From Macrostomum lignano (taxonomy: Eukaryota): DNA of 64,000 nt. Positions within the stretch are counted from its first letter, which is position 1; each line of letters opens with the position of its first letter. The notes beneath the pieces are model-generated. The model saw only the letters and a program-made list of their open reading frames with translations. It had not been told where the DNA came from and did not search any database. Below are positions 12,256 to 24,884 of this stretch, in pieces. The DNA is taken from the NCBI GenBank assembly GCA_002269645.1, contig NIVC01000001.1, positions 1,612,001-1,676,000 on the forward strand, read 5' to 3'. The position numbers were made by a program, and so were the translations under genes.

Positions 12256-15200
12256 CCTTGCTCAGAGAGCTCTCGATTCTCTTTTGAGTCGACAGCAGCG
12301 AAGCATGATCAGCTTTGCCGCTCAGGGTTTTACAGGCTATGCTGAATGCTACTACGAGTATATCATTGACCGCAGTTGGTTTTTTATTTGAGATGGGGGG
12401 CATTGGTTAGTGCATGTCTTCAGTATATGGATCAGATAACTGTGTAAAGCGAAAGGTTAATTAGCCAACTAGCTCTACAAGACCAGCTGGTCGACTTATC
12501 AAAAATGGGCCGAGAGAAGCTTGTGTTTAGTTTGAGCAAATGTCAGAGGTCCCTGTGTCAGAGGCATGGGATTCAGAGGTCCCTGTGTCAGAGGCATGGG
12601 AGTCAGAGGTCCCTGTGTCAGAGGCATGGGAGTCAGAGGTCCCTGTGTCAGAGGCATGGGAGTTCCCTGTGTCAGAGGCATGGGAGTCAGAGGTCCCTGT
12701 GTTGATAACATGGGAGTCAGAGGTCTCTGTGTTGATGACATGGGAGTCAGAGGTCCCTGTGTTGATGACATGGGAGTCAGAGGTCCCTGTGTTGATGACA
12801 TGGGAGTCAGAGGTCCCTGTGTTGATGACATGGGAGTCAGAGGTCTCTGTGTTGATGACATGGGAGTCAGAGGTCTCTGTGTTGATGACATGGGAGTCAG
12901 AGGTCTCTGTGTTGATGACATGGGAGTCAAAGGTCCCTGTGTTGATGACATGGGAGTCAGAGGTCCCAGTGTTAATTGTAACTGAAGGCCCAACGCTCAA
13001 AAATTTATTTTGTTTTTTTGCTGAAAATTACAAAAAATGATATGAAAAACACGAAAAACTGCAAAGCTGAATCAGCAGATCGGATACAAAAAACATCAAA
13101 GACTCCGCCTGAAGTTCAATCCCAATCTTCTCAGCTAATCCGCTTTGATAGATTGAGCACGCACGTGGCGCTCGAGTCTCATCTGAGCTGTTCGCCTCAT
13201 CATCTTGAGCAGGGGAACATTCGGGGGGGGGGGCGTTTATAACGGGGCCCTGTTTTGAACAGGAGACTTACCGGCGAAATCATATGGGGACTCAAAGCAC
13301 TGATTTCGTGCCAAAATCCGCGTGGGAACTCTGCAAGACGATCCATGCGCATCTGCTTTTAGAAGCTTCGAGAACTGAGGCTGCCTGTATTGATGAGGCT
13401 GGGGAATTGTGCGGGGATTTTGGCCTCAAATGCGGTAGGGGTGATCTAAGCAGAATTTAACAAGGATTTAGGATAGAGTTCAAGATGGTGTTTAGGATAG
13501 GGTTTAGGATAGTGTTTAGAATGTGGTTTTTAGGATAGGGTTTAGGATAGTGTTTAGAATGTGGTTTAGGATAGGGTTTAGGATAGTGTTTAGGATAGGG
13601 TTTAGGATAGGGTTTAGGATTGAGTTTAGGATAGTGTTTAGGATAGGGTTTAGGATAGGGTTTAGGATAGGGTTTAGGATTGGGTTTAGGATTGGGTTTA
13701 GGATAGGGTTTAGGATAGGGTTTAGGATAGGGTTTAGAATGCGGTTTAGGATAGGGTTTAGGATTGTGTTTAGAATGTGGTTTAGAATAGGGTTTCCCTA
13801 GATGAAGTTCTGTTTACTCATTCTTGGCAGATCTGTTCTTACTTAAATTTCTTAGCAGATCTGTGAATTTTGGTTAACACATTCTTAACAGATCTTTTCT
13901 TACTTAAATCTCTTAGCAGATCTGTATCTGCTTTTGTCTTACAAGATCTTACAAATCTTTGCAAGCCATTTTTTATTGTTTGGTACGTAGAAAACATTCG
14001 TGATTTTTAGAAAATACTTATTAGGTAAAGAGAAAACAAAATTTCCAACTGTATATCAGAAAAAAGACTTTCGTATATTTTCACATTTCTCTGCTGGATC
14101 TTGTCAGATCAGTTCTTGCAGATCTGTACAGACCAGTTTTAAAAAGTGTCTGAATTGTTTTTTTCCACAAAATATTTAACATTATAGTAATTACGTTTTT
14201 TTAATGATTTGTATTTATTTTAGTTGTTCTTCTGGCAGCCAACAGTAAATGAATTTGTTTAAATATTCTTTCCGCAGTTCTGAACATAGTGGACCCTTAT
14301 AGTTTGAATTCTCGCTCTTGCAATTTATCCATCCATCTCAGTTCTTTCTTTTGACTTAGCCGAATACGTAATTTTTAATTCCTTAAATTGTTTGTTGTTT
14401 CATAGTCTAGTATCACTATTTTTTACTTTTTTTAGCCATAATAACTTTTTTGATTGAGTATAGCATGGCTTTAAATAAAGAGCAGATTGCGTCATCAATT
14501 AAAAAAATTTGACGTAATTGACAGACTGACTATAAAATGTATGCTATATATATATCTATATAATATATATATCTAGGCTTGTCTCCTACTCCCAGGCCTA
14601 TAAGTATGAGTAGGCCTAGGCCTATGACTTTGTTCTATGCTTTAATAGAAACAGAATGCATGTCTAGACCTAGTGATGTTGTCCATTAATAATTCATTAA
14701 TCCATTAATAATTCAGAAATTCAGTTCAGTTACATACATAGATCAGTATTTTTTGTATTCTTTTGCATTTCATTATATTATATTTATATATACATACCTA
14801 GTTCTAGCCCCTAGGCTAGGGCTAGGCTAGTTCTAGTGACCTAGCTAGTAAGTAAATCTTAATTAAATAGGTCTATTCTGTTTTTGTTTGTTTTATTTGT
14901 TTTTATTTGCTTATCTAGATTTATAAATAGGTAGACTGACATATCTGTAAAACTTGGTTTTAATCCCTCCTTGATTTTAAACACTTAGGTTAAGAGTATA
15001 ATGTCTATTTTTAGTAAATAGTGTTATAACTAGGCTTATCATTTTAATTTTAAAATAAAATAGGCCCTACTCTACTAAAAATTGTAATTGCTATATAGGG
15101 TATAGTTTTTATGAATAAAAATTAAACCTGGATGCTTAAATATAGGCTTATGGTTGTTAGAAAGTTATCTTAAGCCTTGATCTACTATTTGAAGAATGTA

Positions 15201-18200
15201 GATAGGCATAGCAAAATCTAAAAGTATTTATACTAGATAGGCCTAGATGAATAATATGAGAAATATAGAATAGAAGAAAACAGGTCTAAATTTAATTAGA
15301 CCAAAGAAATTTTACAAAAGTTATTACTCTGACTATATAAAAACATAACAACAATATTTGTTTTATATTTTAGTTATTTTGAATTGAATATTAATGTTTA
15401 AAATCCTAGAACTTTATTACAATTTTCCCTTTCATTGCAGCTACTTTACATGGTCAATATGGCATCGCTACTTATGGGTTCCAAGCTTGTCTTTATACCA
15501 AGTGGCAAAGTGGCAAGCATCCTATGATTGCTAAAAGAAAAATGAAGCCAGCCTAAAGTAAAAATGCAACATGATAAAGAGCCCTAAAGTATTACTAAGA
15601 GCTCTTAATAGACCTACTTTTATTGATAACAAAGTAAGCTTTCTAGCAATATTGACTTTAAAATCTTTCAGTACTGGACTCTTTCAGTTTCAATTATTTG
15701 CAAACCAATTTAATTGTAACATTGTAGTAAAAGATGCACCTGGTTTTTTAAAATGTTTCTGCTTCTATTTTTTTGTTTCTAAAAGTATTGCTCACCCTAA
15801 TTTCATTAGTCCATTGTACCATTAGTATTTTTTCTATTGAGTGTGTGCTTAACTTTTGTTTTGAAGTTGACTTATTTTTTGCTTGTGCTATTTCCCTTGT
15901 GCATACAAGTTTTATTTCATGAGCATATATGTGTATTTGTTTACATTTTCACAAATAAATATGTCTACTTTATTTTGATTGTTCAATGACATTTGCTTTT
16001 GTTCTGGCAGCTTACTAGCACAATACTAAAAGTGCAGAATCTAATAAGAAAGTCCTGTCATAACTCGTGTTCTTTATTGGAATTAAATTAGTGCATTGGG
16101 TTTTATAAATGGATTACTAAACAGATCTGGGAAGATTTGATAAGACGGACAATGCATTCAATTGGTAAAGCTTAATACATCTTACAAGATCTGCCCAGAT
16201 CTCCTAAGATCTGCTCGTGCAGACCGTGCAAGATCTTCCTGCAGATCTTGTAAGTTCTGCCTATATATTTTAATAGTGCAGATCTGTTACGTTCTTGCAA
16301 GAACGTAGCGAGAAGCTCCAGACAGATCTGCTAAGAAATGGCATGACGATTTCATCTAGGGTTAGGATAGGGTTTAGGCTCAGGCTCGACAGTCAATTGC
16401 CGTAGACTTATGCAAACAAAATGCATAGCAAGTTCTTATATTTTGAGTTACTTTTATATTTTCCATGAAATTCAGGCCTTAATACGAGTAAATCCCATAA
16501 AAGTTTTGCATAAAAATCCCCAATTCTGGGACATTATTTCCATAAACGTGCATCAAAATCGTAAGCGGCACACTCAGCAGACAGCCGCTAAGTAGGCCTT
16601 TGAAGCGTGCTTGAATGCGGACCAGCAAGCCCTTTGCCAGCAAAAATGAAGAAGGGCCAAAATAGAATTTTTATAAATCGATAACTGCTGCCGCACTCGC
16701 AGCTGTATGTTTAGGCAGAAAAGGCCTCCCTAAGTGCCTGTATTTGATTTTCGGCTGCCCCTGAGGCAAACTGGAATCTGGGCCATTGCAGCTGATTTGT
16801 AGCCAAAATTCAAGCAGCGCTTGAGCAACAGACTGCATGCTGTCGGTTTCCGCCTGCAGGCACCGCTTTGAATCGATGCTCCCCCGTGGGGTGACACTCT
16901 CTGATTGCCTTCGCCTGTTCGCTTGTCGGACACGGAGTGCCTTATTTGATTTGGTGAAAAAACTCTGCGCGCCCATACCAACTCGGTGGCTGAGCATTAG
17001 TAGCTCACGGACTGCCGAGGACTTCGCTCAGAACTCTCCTTTTCCGTTCATTGAAGCTTCAATAAAATGTCCTCAGGAGAGGAAGATGATAACGGAGTGC
17101 GAGGAGTGGCTGTGACCTTGCCACGAACCCCTGGTTTGATTTCGAAATGTGCGAAAAATGGCCAAGGAGTTTGTTGTGCGATTTACAGCCCCAGGGGCCA
17201 CATGCTTGACTGCTAAAAAGTTAGAGCGGCGCTCCTGACACATAAACAGGCGCTCCTTGCTCAGAGAGCTCTCGATTCTCTTTTGAGTCGACAGCAGCGA
17301 AGCATGATCAGCTTTGCCGCTCAGGGTTTTACAGGCTATGCTGAATGCTACTACGAGTATATCATTGACCGCAGTTGGTTTTTTATTTGAGATGGGGGGC
17401 ATTGGTTAGTGCATGTCTTCAGTATATGGATCAGATAACTGTGTAAAGCGAAAGGTTAATTAGCCAACTAGCTCTACAAGACCAGCTGGTCGACTTATCA
17501 AAAATGGGCCGAGAGAAGCTTGTGTTTAGTTTGAGCAAATGTCAGAGGTCCCTGTGTCAGAGGCATGGGATTCAGAGGTCCCTGTGTCAGAGGCATGGGA
17601 GTCAGAGGTCCCTGTGTCAGAGGCATGGGAGTCAGAGGTCCCTGTGTCAGAGGCATGGGAGTTCCCTGTGTCAGAGGCATGGGAGTCAGAGGTCCCTGTG
17701 TTGATAACATGGGAGTCAGAGGTCTCTGTGTTGATGACATGGGAGTCAGAGGTCCCTGTGTTGATGACATGGGAGTCAGAGGTCCCTGTGTTGATGACAT
17801 GGGAGTCAGAGGTCCCTGTGTTGATGACATGGGAGTCAGAGGTCTCTGTGTTGATGACATGGGAGTCAGAGGTCTCTGTGTTGATGACATGGGAGTCAGA
17901 GGTCTCTGTGTTGATGACATGGGAGTCAAAGGTCCCTGTGTTGATGACATGGGAGTCAGAGGTCCAGTGTTAATTGTAACTGAAGGCCCAACGCTCAAAA
18001 ATTTATTTTGTTTTTTTGCTGAAAATTACAAAAAATGATATGAAAAACACGAAAAACTGCAAAGCTGAATCAGCAGATCGGATACAAAAAACATCAAAGA
18101 CTCCGCCTGAAGTTCAATCCCAATCTTCTCAGCTAATCCGCTTTGATAGATTGAGCACGCACGTGGCGCTCGAGTCTCATCTGAGCTGTTCGCCTCATCA

Positions 18201-21200
18201 TCTTGAGCAGGGGAACATTCGGGGGGGGGGGCGTTTATAACGGGGCCCTGTTTTGAACAGGAGACTTACCGGCGAAATCATATGGGGACTCAAAGCACTG
18301 ATTTCGTGCCAAAATCCGCGTGGGAACTCTGCAAGACGATCCATGCGCATCTGCTTTTAGAAGCTTCGAGAACTGAGGCTGCCTGTATTGATGAGGCTGG
18401 GGAATTGTGCGGGGATTTTGGCCTCAAATGCGGTAGGGGTGATCTAAGCAGAATTTAACAAGGATTTAGGATAGAGTTCAAGATGGTGTTTAGGATAGGG
18501 TTTAGGATAGTGTTTAGAATGTGGTTTTTAGGATAGGGTTTAGGATAGTGTTTAGAATGTGGTTTAGGATAGGGTTTAGGATAGTGTTTAGGATAGGGTT
18601 TAGGATAGGGTTTAGGATTGGGTTTAGGATAGTGTTTAGGATAGGGTTTAGGATAGGGTTTAGGATAGGGTTTAGGATTGGGTTTAGGATTGGGTTTAGG
18701 ATAGGGTTTAGGATAGGGTTTAGGATAGGGTTTAGAATGCGGTTTAGGATAGGGTTTAGGATTGTGTTTAGAATGTGGTTTAGAATAGGGTTTAGGATAG
18801 GGTTTAGGCTCAGGCTCGACAGTCAATTGCCGTAGACTTATGCAAACAAAATGCATAGCAAGTTCTTATATTTTGAGTTACTTTTATATTTTCCATGAAA
18901 TTCAGGCCTTAATACGAGTAAATCCCATAAAAGTTTTGCATAAAAATCCCCAATTCTGGGACATTATTTCCATAAACGTGCATCAAAATCGTAAGCGGCA
19001 CACTCAGCAGACAGCCGCTAAGTAGGCCTTTGAAGCGTGCTTGAATGCGGACCAGCAAGCCCTTTGCCAGCAAAAATGAAGAAGGGCCAAAATAGAATTT
19101 TTATAAATCGATAACTGCTGCCGCACTCGCAGCTGTATGTTTAGGCAGAAAAGGCCTCCCTAAGTGCCTGTATTTGATTTTCGGCTGCCCCTGAGGCAAA
19201 CTGGAATCTGGGCCATTGCAGCTGATTTGTAGCCAAAATTCAAGCAGCGCTTGAGCAACAGACTGCATGCTGTCGGTTTCCGCCTGCAGGCACCGCTTTG
19301 AATCGATGCTCCCCCCGTGGGGTGACACTCTCTGATTGCCTTCGCCTGTTCGCTTGTCGGACACGGAGTGCCTTATTTGATTTGGTGAAAAAACTCTGCG
19401 CGCCCATACCAACTCGGTGGCTGAGCATTAGTAGCTCACGGACTGCCGAGGACTTCGCTCAGAACTCTCCTTTTCCGTTCATTGAAGCTTCAATAAAATG
19501 TCCTCAGGAGAGGAAGATGATAACGGAGTGCGAGGAGTGGCTGTGACCTTGCCACGAACCCCTGGTTTGATTTCGAAATGTGCGAAAAATGGCCAAGGAG
19601 TTTGTTGTGCGATTTACAGCCCCAGGGGCCACATGCTTGACTGCTAAAAAGTTAGAGCGGCGCTCCTGACACATAAACAGGCGCTCCTTGCTCAGAGAGC
19701 TCTCGATTCTCTTTTGAGTCGACAGCAGCGAAGCATGATCAGCTTTGCCGCTCAGGGTTTTACAGGCTATGCTGAATGCTACTACGAGTATATCATTGAC
19801 CGCAGTTGGTTTTTTATTTGAGATGGGGGGCATTGGTTAGTGCATGTCTTCAGTATATGGATCAGATAACTGTGTAAAGCGAAAGGTTAATTAGCCAACT
19901 AGCTCTACAAGACCAGCTGGTCGACTTATCAAAAATGGGCCGAGAGAAGCTTGTGTTTAGTTTGAGCAAATGTCAGAGGTCCCTGTGTCAGAGGCATGGG
20001 ATTCAGAGGTCCCTGTGTCAGAGGCATGGGAGTCAGAGGTCCCTGTGTCAGAGGCATGGGAGTCAGAGGTCCCTGTGTCAGAGGCATGGGAGTTCCCTGT
20101 GTCAGAGGCATGGGAGTCAGAGGTCCCTGTGTTGATAACATGGGAGTCAGAGGTCTCTGTGTTGATGACATGGGAGTCAGAGGTCCCTGTGTTGATGACA
20201 TGGGAGTCAGAGGTCCCTGTGTTGATGACATGGGAGTCAGAGGTCCCTGTGTTGATGACATGGGAGTCAGAGGTCTCTGTGTTGATGACATGGGAGTCAG
20301 AGGTCTCTGTGTTGATGACATGGGAGTCAGAGGTCTCTGTGTTGATGACATGGGAGTCAAAGGTCCCTGTGTTGATGACATGGGAGTCAGAGGTCCCAGT
20401 GTTAATTGTAACTGAAGGCCCAACGCTCAAAAATTTATTTTGTTTTTTTGCTGAAAATTACAAAAAATGATATGAAAAACACGAAAAACTGCAAAGCTGA
20501 ATCAGCAGATCGGATACAAAAAACATCAAAGACTCCGCCTGAAGTTCAATCCCAATCTTCTCAGCTAATCCGCTTTGATAGATTGAGCACGCACGTGGCG
20601 CTCGAGTCTCATCTGAGCTGTTCGCCTCATCATCTTGAGCAGGGGAACATTCGGGGGGGGGGGCGTTTATAACGGGGCCCTGTTTTGAACAGGAGACTTA
20701 CCGGCGAAATCATATGGGGACTCAAAGCACTGATTTCGTGCCAAAATCCGCGTGGGAACTCTGCAAGACGATCCATGCGCATCTGCTTTTAGAAGCTTCG
20801 AGAACTGAGGCTGCCTGTATTGATGAGGCTGGGGAATTGTGCGGGGATTTTGGCCTCAAATGCGGTAGGGGTGATCTAAGCAGAATTTAACAAGGATTTA
20901 GGATAGAGTTCAAGATGGTGTTTAGGATAGGGTTTAGGATAGTGTTTAGAATGTGGTTTTTAGGATAGGGTTTAGGATAGTGTTTAGAATGTGGTTTAGG
21001 ATAGGGTTTAGGATAGTGTTTAGGATAGGGTTTAGGATAGGGTTTAGGATTGGGTTTAGGATAGTGTTTAGGATAGGGTTTAGGATAGGGTTTAGGATAG
21101 GGTTTAGGATTGGGTTTAGGATTGGGTTTAGGATAGGGTTTAGGATAGGGTTTAGGATAGGGTTTAGAATGCGGTTTAGGATAGGGTTTAGGATTGTGTT

Positions 21201-22117
21201 TAGAATGTGGTTTAGAATAGGGTTTAGGATAGGGTTTAGGCTCAGGCTCGACAGTCAATTGCCGTAGACTTATGCAAACAAAATGCATAGCAAGTTCTTA
21301 TATTTTGAGTTACTTTTATATTTTCCATGAAATTCAGGCCTTAATACGAGTAAATCCCATAAAAGTTTTGCATAAAAATCCCCAATTCTGGGACATTATT
21401 TCCATAAACGTGCATCAAAATCGTAAGCGGCACACTCAGCAGACAGCCGCTAAGTAGGCCTTTGAAGCGTGCTTGAATGCGGACCAGCAAGCCCTTTGCC
21501 AGCAAAAATGAAGAAGGGCCAAAATAGAATTTTTATAAATCGATAACTGCTGCCGCACTCGCAGCTGTATGTTTAGGCAGAAAAGGCCTCCCTAAGTGCC
21601 TGTATTTGATTTTCGGCTGCCCCTGAGGCAAACTGGAATCTGGGCCATTGCAGCTGATTTGTAGCCAAAATTCAAGCAGCGCTTGAGCAACAGACTGCAT
21701 GCTGTCGGTTTCCGCCTGCAGGCACCGCTTTGAATCGATGCTCCCCCCGTGGGGTGACACTCTCTGATTGCCTTCGCCTGTTCGCTTGTCGGACACGGAG
21801 TGCCTTATTTGATTTGGTGAAAAAACTCTGCGCGCCCATACCAACTCGGTGGCTGAGCATTAGTAGCTCACGGACTGCCGAGGACTTCGCTCAGAACTCT
21901 CCTTTTCCGTTCATTGAAGCTTCAATAAAATGTCCTCAGGAGAGGAAGATGATAACGGAGTGCGAGGAGTGGCTGTGACCTTGCCACGAACCCCTGGTTT
22001 GATTTCGAAATGTGCGAAAAATGGCCAAGGAGTTTGTTGTGCGATTTACAGCCCCAGGGGCCACATGCTTGACTGCTAAAAAGTTAGAGCGGCGCTCCTG
22101 ACACATAAACAGGCGCT
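12256..22117. repeat. Tandem triplication of a ~2431-bp unit: copy 1 12256-17254 (interrupted by a TE), copy 2 17255-19685, copy 3 19686-22117. Each unit has a 30-bp minisatellite, a GC-rich block and a (GGGTTTAGGATA)n array
   Basis: ccttgctcagagagctctcg recurs at 12256, 17255 and 19686; ORF-track proteins recur three times; the copies differ only at a few single bases or 1-nt indels. Confidence 0.95.
13796..16361. mobile_element. Non-autonomous TIR DNA transposon, 2566 bp, termini CCCTAGATGAA...TTCATCTAGGG, 2-bp TSD (TT), subterminal AGATCT repeats; most like CMC/EnSpm
   Basis: Absent from copies 2 and 3, which give the empty site agggtttaggatagg. Spacing 4999 = 2431 + 2566 + 2. Perfect 11-bp TIR; many (C/A)AGATCT motifs near both ends. 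Confidence 0.85.
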
Positions 22118-22770
22118 CCTGACACATAAACAGGCGCTCCTGATACATAAACAGGCGCTCCTGATACATAAACAGGTGCTCCTGACACATAAACAGGTGC
22201 TCCCTACACATAAACAGGCGCTCCTGACACATAAACAGGCGCTCCTGACACATAAACAGGCGCTCCTGACACATAAACAGGCGCTCCTGACACTAAAAAG
22301 CGCTCCTGACACATAAACAGGCGCTCCTGACACTAAAAAGCGCTCCTGACACTAAAAAGCGCTCCTGACACTAAAACCGCTCCTGACACTAAAAACGCTC
22401 CTGACACATAAACAGGCGCTCCTGACACTAAAAAGCGCTCCTGACACAGAAACAAGCGCTCTTGACACAGAAACAAGCGCTCTTGACACAGAAACAAGCG
22501 CTCTTGACACATAAACAGGCGCTCCTGACACATAAACAGGCGCTCCTGATACATAAACAGGCGCTCCTGATACATAAACAGGCGCTCCTGACACATAAAC
22601 AGGCGCTCCTGACACATAAACAGGCGCTCCTGATACATAATTAGGCACTCCTGACACATAAACAGGCGCTCCTGACACAAAAAGGCGCTCCTGATACATA
22701 ATTAGGCACTCCTGACACACAAACAGGTATTCCTGGCTTCTAAACAGGCGCTCCTGACACACACAGGCGC
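22090..22770. repeat. 21-22-bp minisatellite (gcgctcctgacacataaacagg)
   Basis: Direct repetition; its first units form the triplication breakpoint. Confidence 0.9.
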
Positions 22771-23424
22771 TCCAGGCACCCAGATTGTCACCAAGTCATA
22801 ACCAGCTTGGAACTCAATTGCCATCACATTTAGCTCGTAATTGCATGTAGACAATAGTAATATAATAATAGTGCATAAATAATAGTCATGTACTAGAAGT
22901 AGATTCAGATGGATCTAGAGATCCATCCACCATACTAATAGTAGTAGTAAATTGCTTAGAAGTTGTGTTTTAGAAGAGCTTATTTAATACCTAATCTTTT
23001 CCATATTCATCAAAATATCGTCAACTTTGCCATCCTACTATCAGTAGACTCGAAGCAAAATTCCCATCGGTATTTAAAATAGTTTGGGAGAAGAAAAATA
23101 CGCGAAAGTCGCTGAGCAAATTCTACAAAAAGAGGCCACCTAACGAGCCGGAAAGAAGAAAGACTTCGAAATGTGACATCCGGGCTACTAATGAAGGGCT
23201 TTACCTCAGCATCCGGTCTGGCAATCCCGCCTCCCCTGAAAACCCAGCTCGAGTCTTCAGGAACCGAAGTGAAGTCAAAGGAAAAAAATACTAACATCAG
23301 TGCAATGATCTCACAGTCAGTTCTTACTTGCCCAATTTTGTTTAACAAAGCTAATAAATCAGATTTGTTGGAGCTGAGTTCCCTGATGAGTGGCGAAATC
23401 GTGCTGGATGCTCGGCGATGGTGC

Positions 23425-23817
23425 GGACAGGTAGGGAATGTTATGGACAGGGAGGGAATCTTGTGGACAGAGAGGGAATCTTGTGGACAGGTAGGGAATC
23501 TTGTGGAGAGATAGGGAATCTTATTATGGACAGGTAGGAAATCTTGCGGACAGGTAGGGAATCTTGTGGACAGGTAGGGAATCTTGTGGACAGGTAGGGA
23601 ATCTTGTGGACAGGTAGGGAATGTTATGGACAGGTAGGGAATGTTATGGACAGGTAGGGAATCTTGTGGACAGGTAATAATCTTGTGGACAGGTAGGGAA
23701 TCTTGTGGACAGGTAGGGACTCTTGTGGACAGGTAGGGAATCTTGCGGAGAGGTAGGGAATCTTGGGGACAGGTAGGGAATGTTATGGACAGGTAGGGAA
23801 TGTTATGGACAGGTAGG
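23425..23817 (+). repeat. 20-bp minisatellite (ggacaggtagggaatcttgt), ~19 copies; inverted partner of 24885-25695
   Basis: The unit is the reverse complement of acaagattccctacctgtcc. Confidence 0.9.
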
Positions 23818-23824
23818 TTATAAG

Positions 23825-23965
23825 AAATCAGACCGGTAAACAGTTGGGAATCAGACCGGTGAACAGGTGGGAATCAGACCGGTGTGCAGGTGGGAATCAG
23901 ACCGGTGTGCAGGTGGGAATCAGACCGGTGTGCAGGTGGGAATCAGACCGGTGTGCAGGTGGGAA
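23825..23965. repeat. 23-bp repeat (atcagaccggtgtgcaggtggga), ~6 copies
   Basis: Direct repetition. Confidence 0.8.
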
Positions 23966-24242
23966 TTAGCATCCTAATGACAGAAATAGTCACTATTATT
24001 AAATAGAAGGATCTTCAGAAATCTGAGCTGAGCATAGCAAAATCTTACTCTTTAAGGAGCCAACAGGAATCAATGGCAAAGAGCCAAATAACAGTTGCCA
24101 GTTGAACACGAGCAATACCACAATTTCTAGATAGCAGAGGATCCTACTGACATTGGCGAGTCCAATAGAATTCTATTTTGGCAGCGAACCGCACAAGCAG
24201 CCAATGAGATTCCATGTGCACTCAGCCCCCTTCCCCCCTCAG

Positions 24243-24661
24243 TACTTGACCTCCGCCGCGATGATCTACGTGCCGACCTACATGAGCCCGAGCGGCATCC
24301 TGGGCAGCGTCAGCCATCATCAACGCGACGAACCCGGCATTGACGGCCAGACGACCGATCAGGTCGGCGGTCGCGCAGACGATTTTCTTTTAGCCGACGG
24401 CGCCGACGGCGCGGTCGACATGTTGAGCTACAGCCGCGCCTCAGCGGCGTCTTCCGCGGACGGCGGGCGGCGGTATCGGAAGAGGAGACAACGCGCTGCC
24501 GCTGCCGCAGCTGCCGCCAATGCTGCCGATGGCACCACAGGGGTCCCATCGCATCTTCGCTTTTATCAGCGTCAGCGGCAAATCGACGCCACCCTGGCGA
24601 CGAACGACAGCGACGAAGCTGCCGCCTGCATGGTGCTGGGAGGCCCGCAGGAGTTGGAAGG
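24243..24661 (+). CDS. Coding-like exon; candidate N-terminal exon of the downstream Kv channel (or last exon of an unrecognised gene if read to the stop at 24671)
   Basis: Acceptor cccccctcag|24243; GC-rich open frame (MIYVPTYMSPSGILGSV...RRYRKRRQRAAAA). Phase-2 donor gg|gttcga at 24662 matches the phase-2 acceptor ttcag|g at 25784. Confidence 0.5.
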
Positions 24662-24884
24662 GTTCGAATAATAATAATATTAGTAATAATAATATTAATA
24701 ATAAAAACAGGCCAGCACTCTGAAAGCAGTACACAGCAGCCCATGGATTCAATTGCTGTGGGTTGCTGTTTGTTCGGCCGATTTCTATATTAGCGGTGAA
24801 GTTTCATGGCCCCGATAAAAATTTCCTGGTTGTTAAAAATACTGTTTTCATCATGATGAGGCATATTTTTTAAGTCAGTTTCCC

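Noticed and set aside
13792-16365. Standard piggyBac call from the CCCTAGA terminus
   Set aside because: No TTAA on either side, and the empty-site comparison gives a 2-bp duplication. Kept only as an alternative.
16671-17402. Short ORFs inside the triplicated unit
   Set aside because: No recognisable domain; a 1-bp C-run difference between copies changes their frames.
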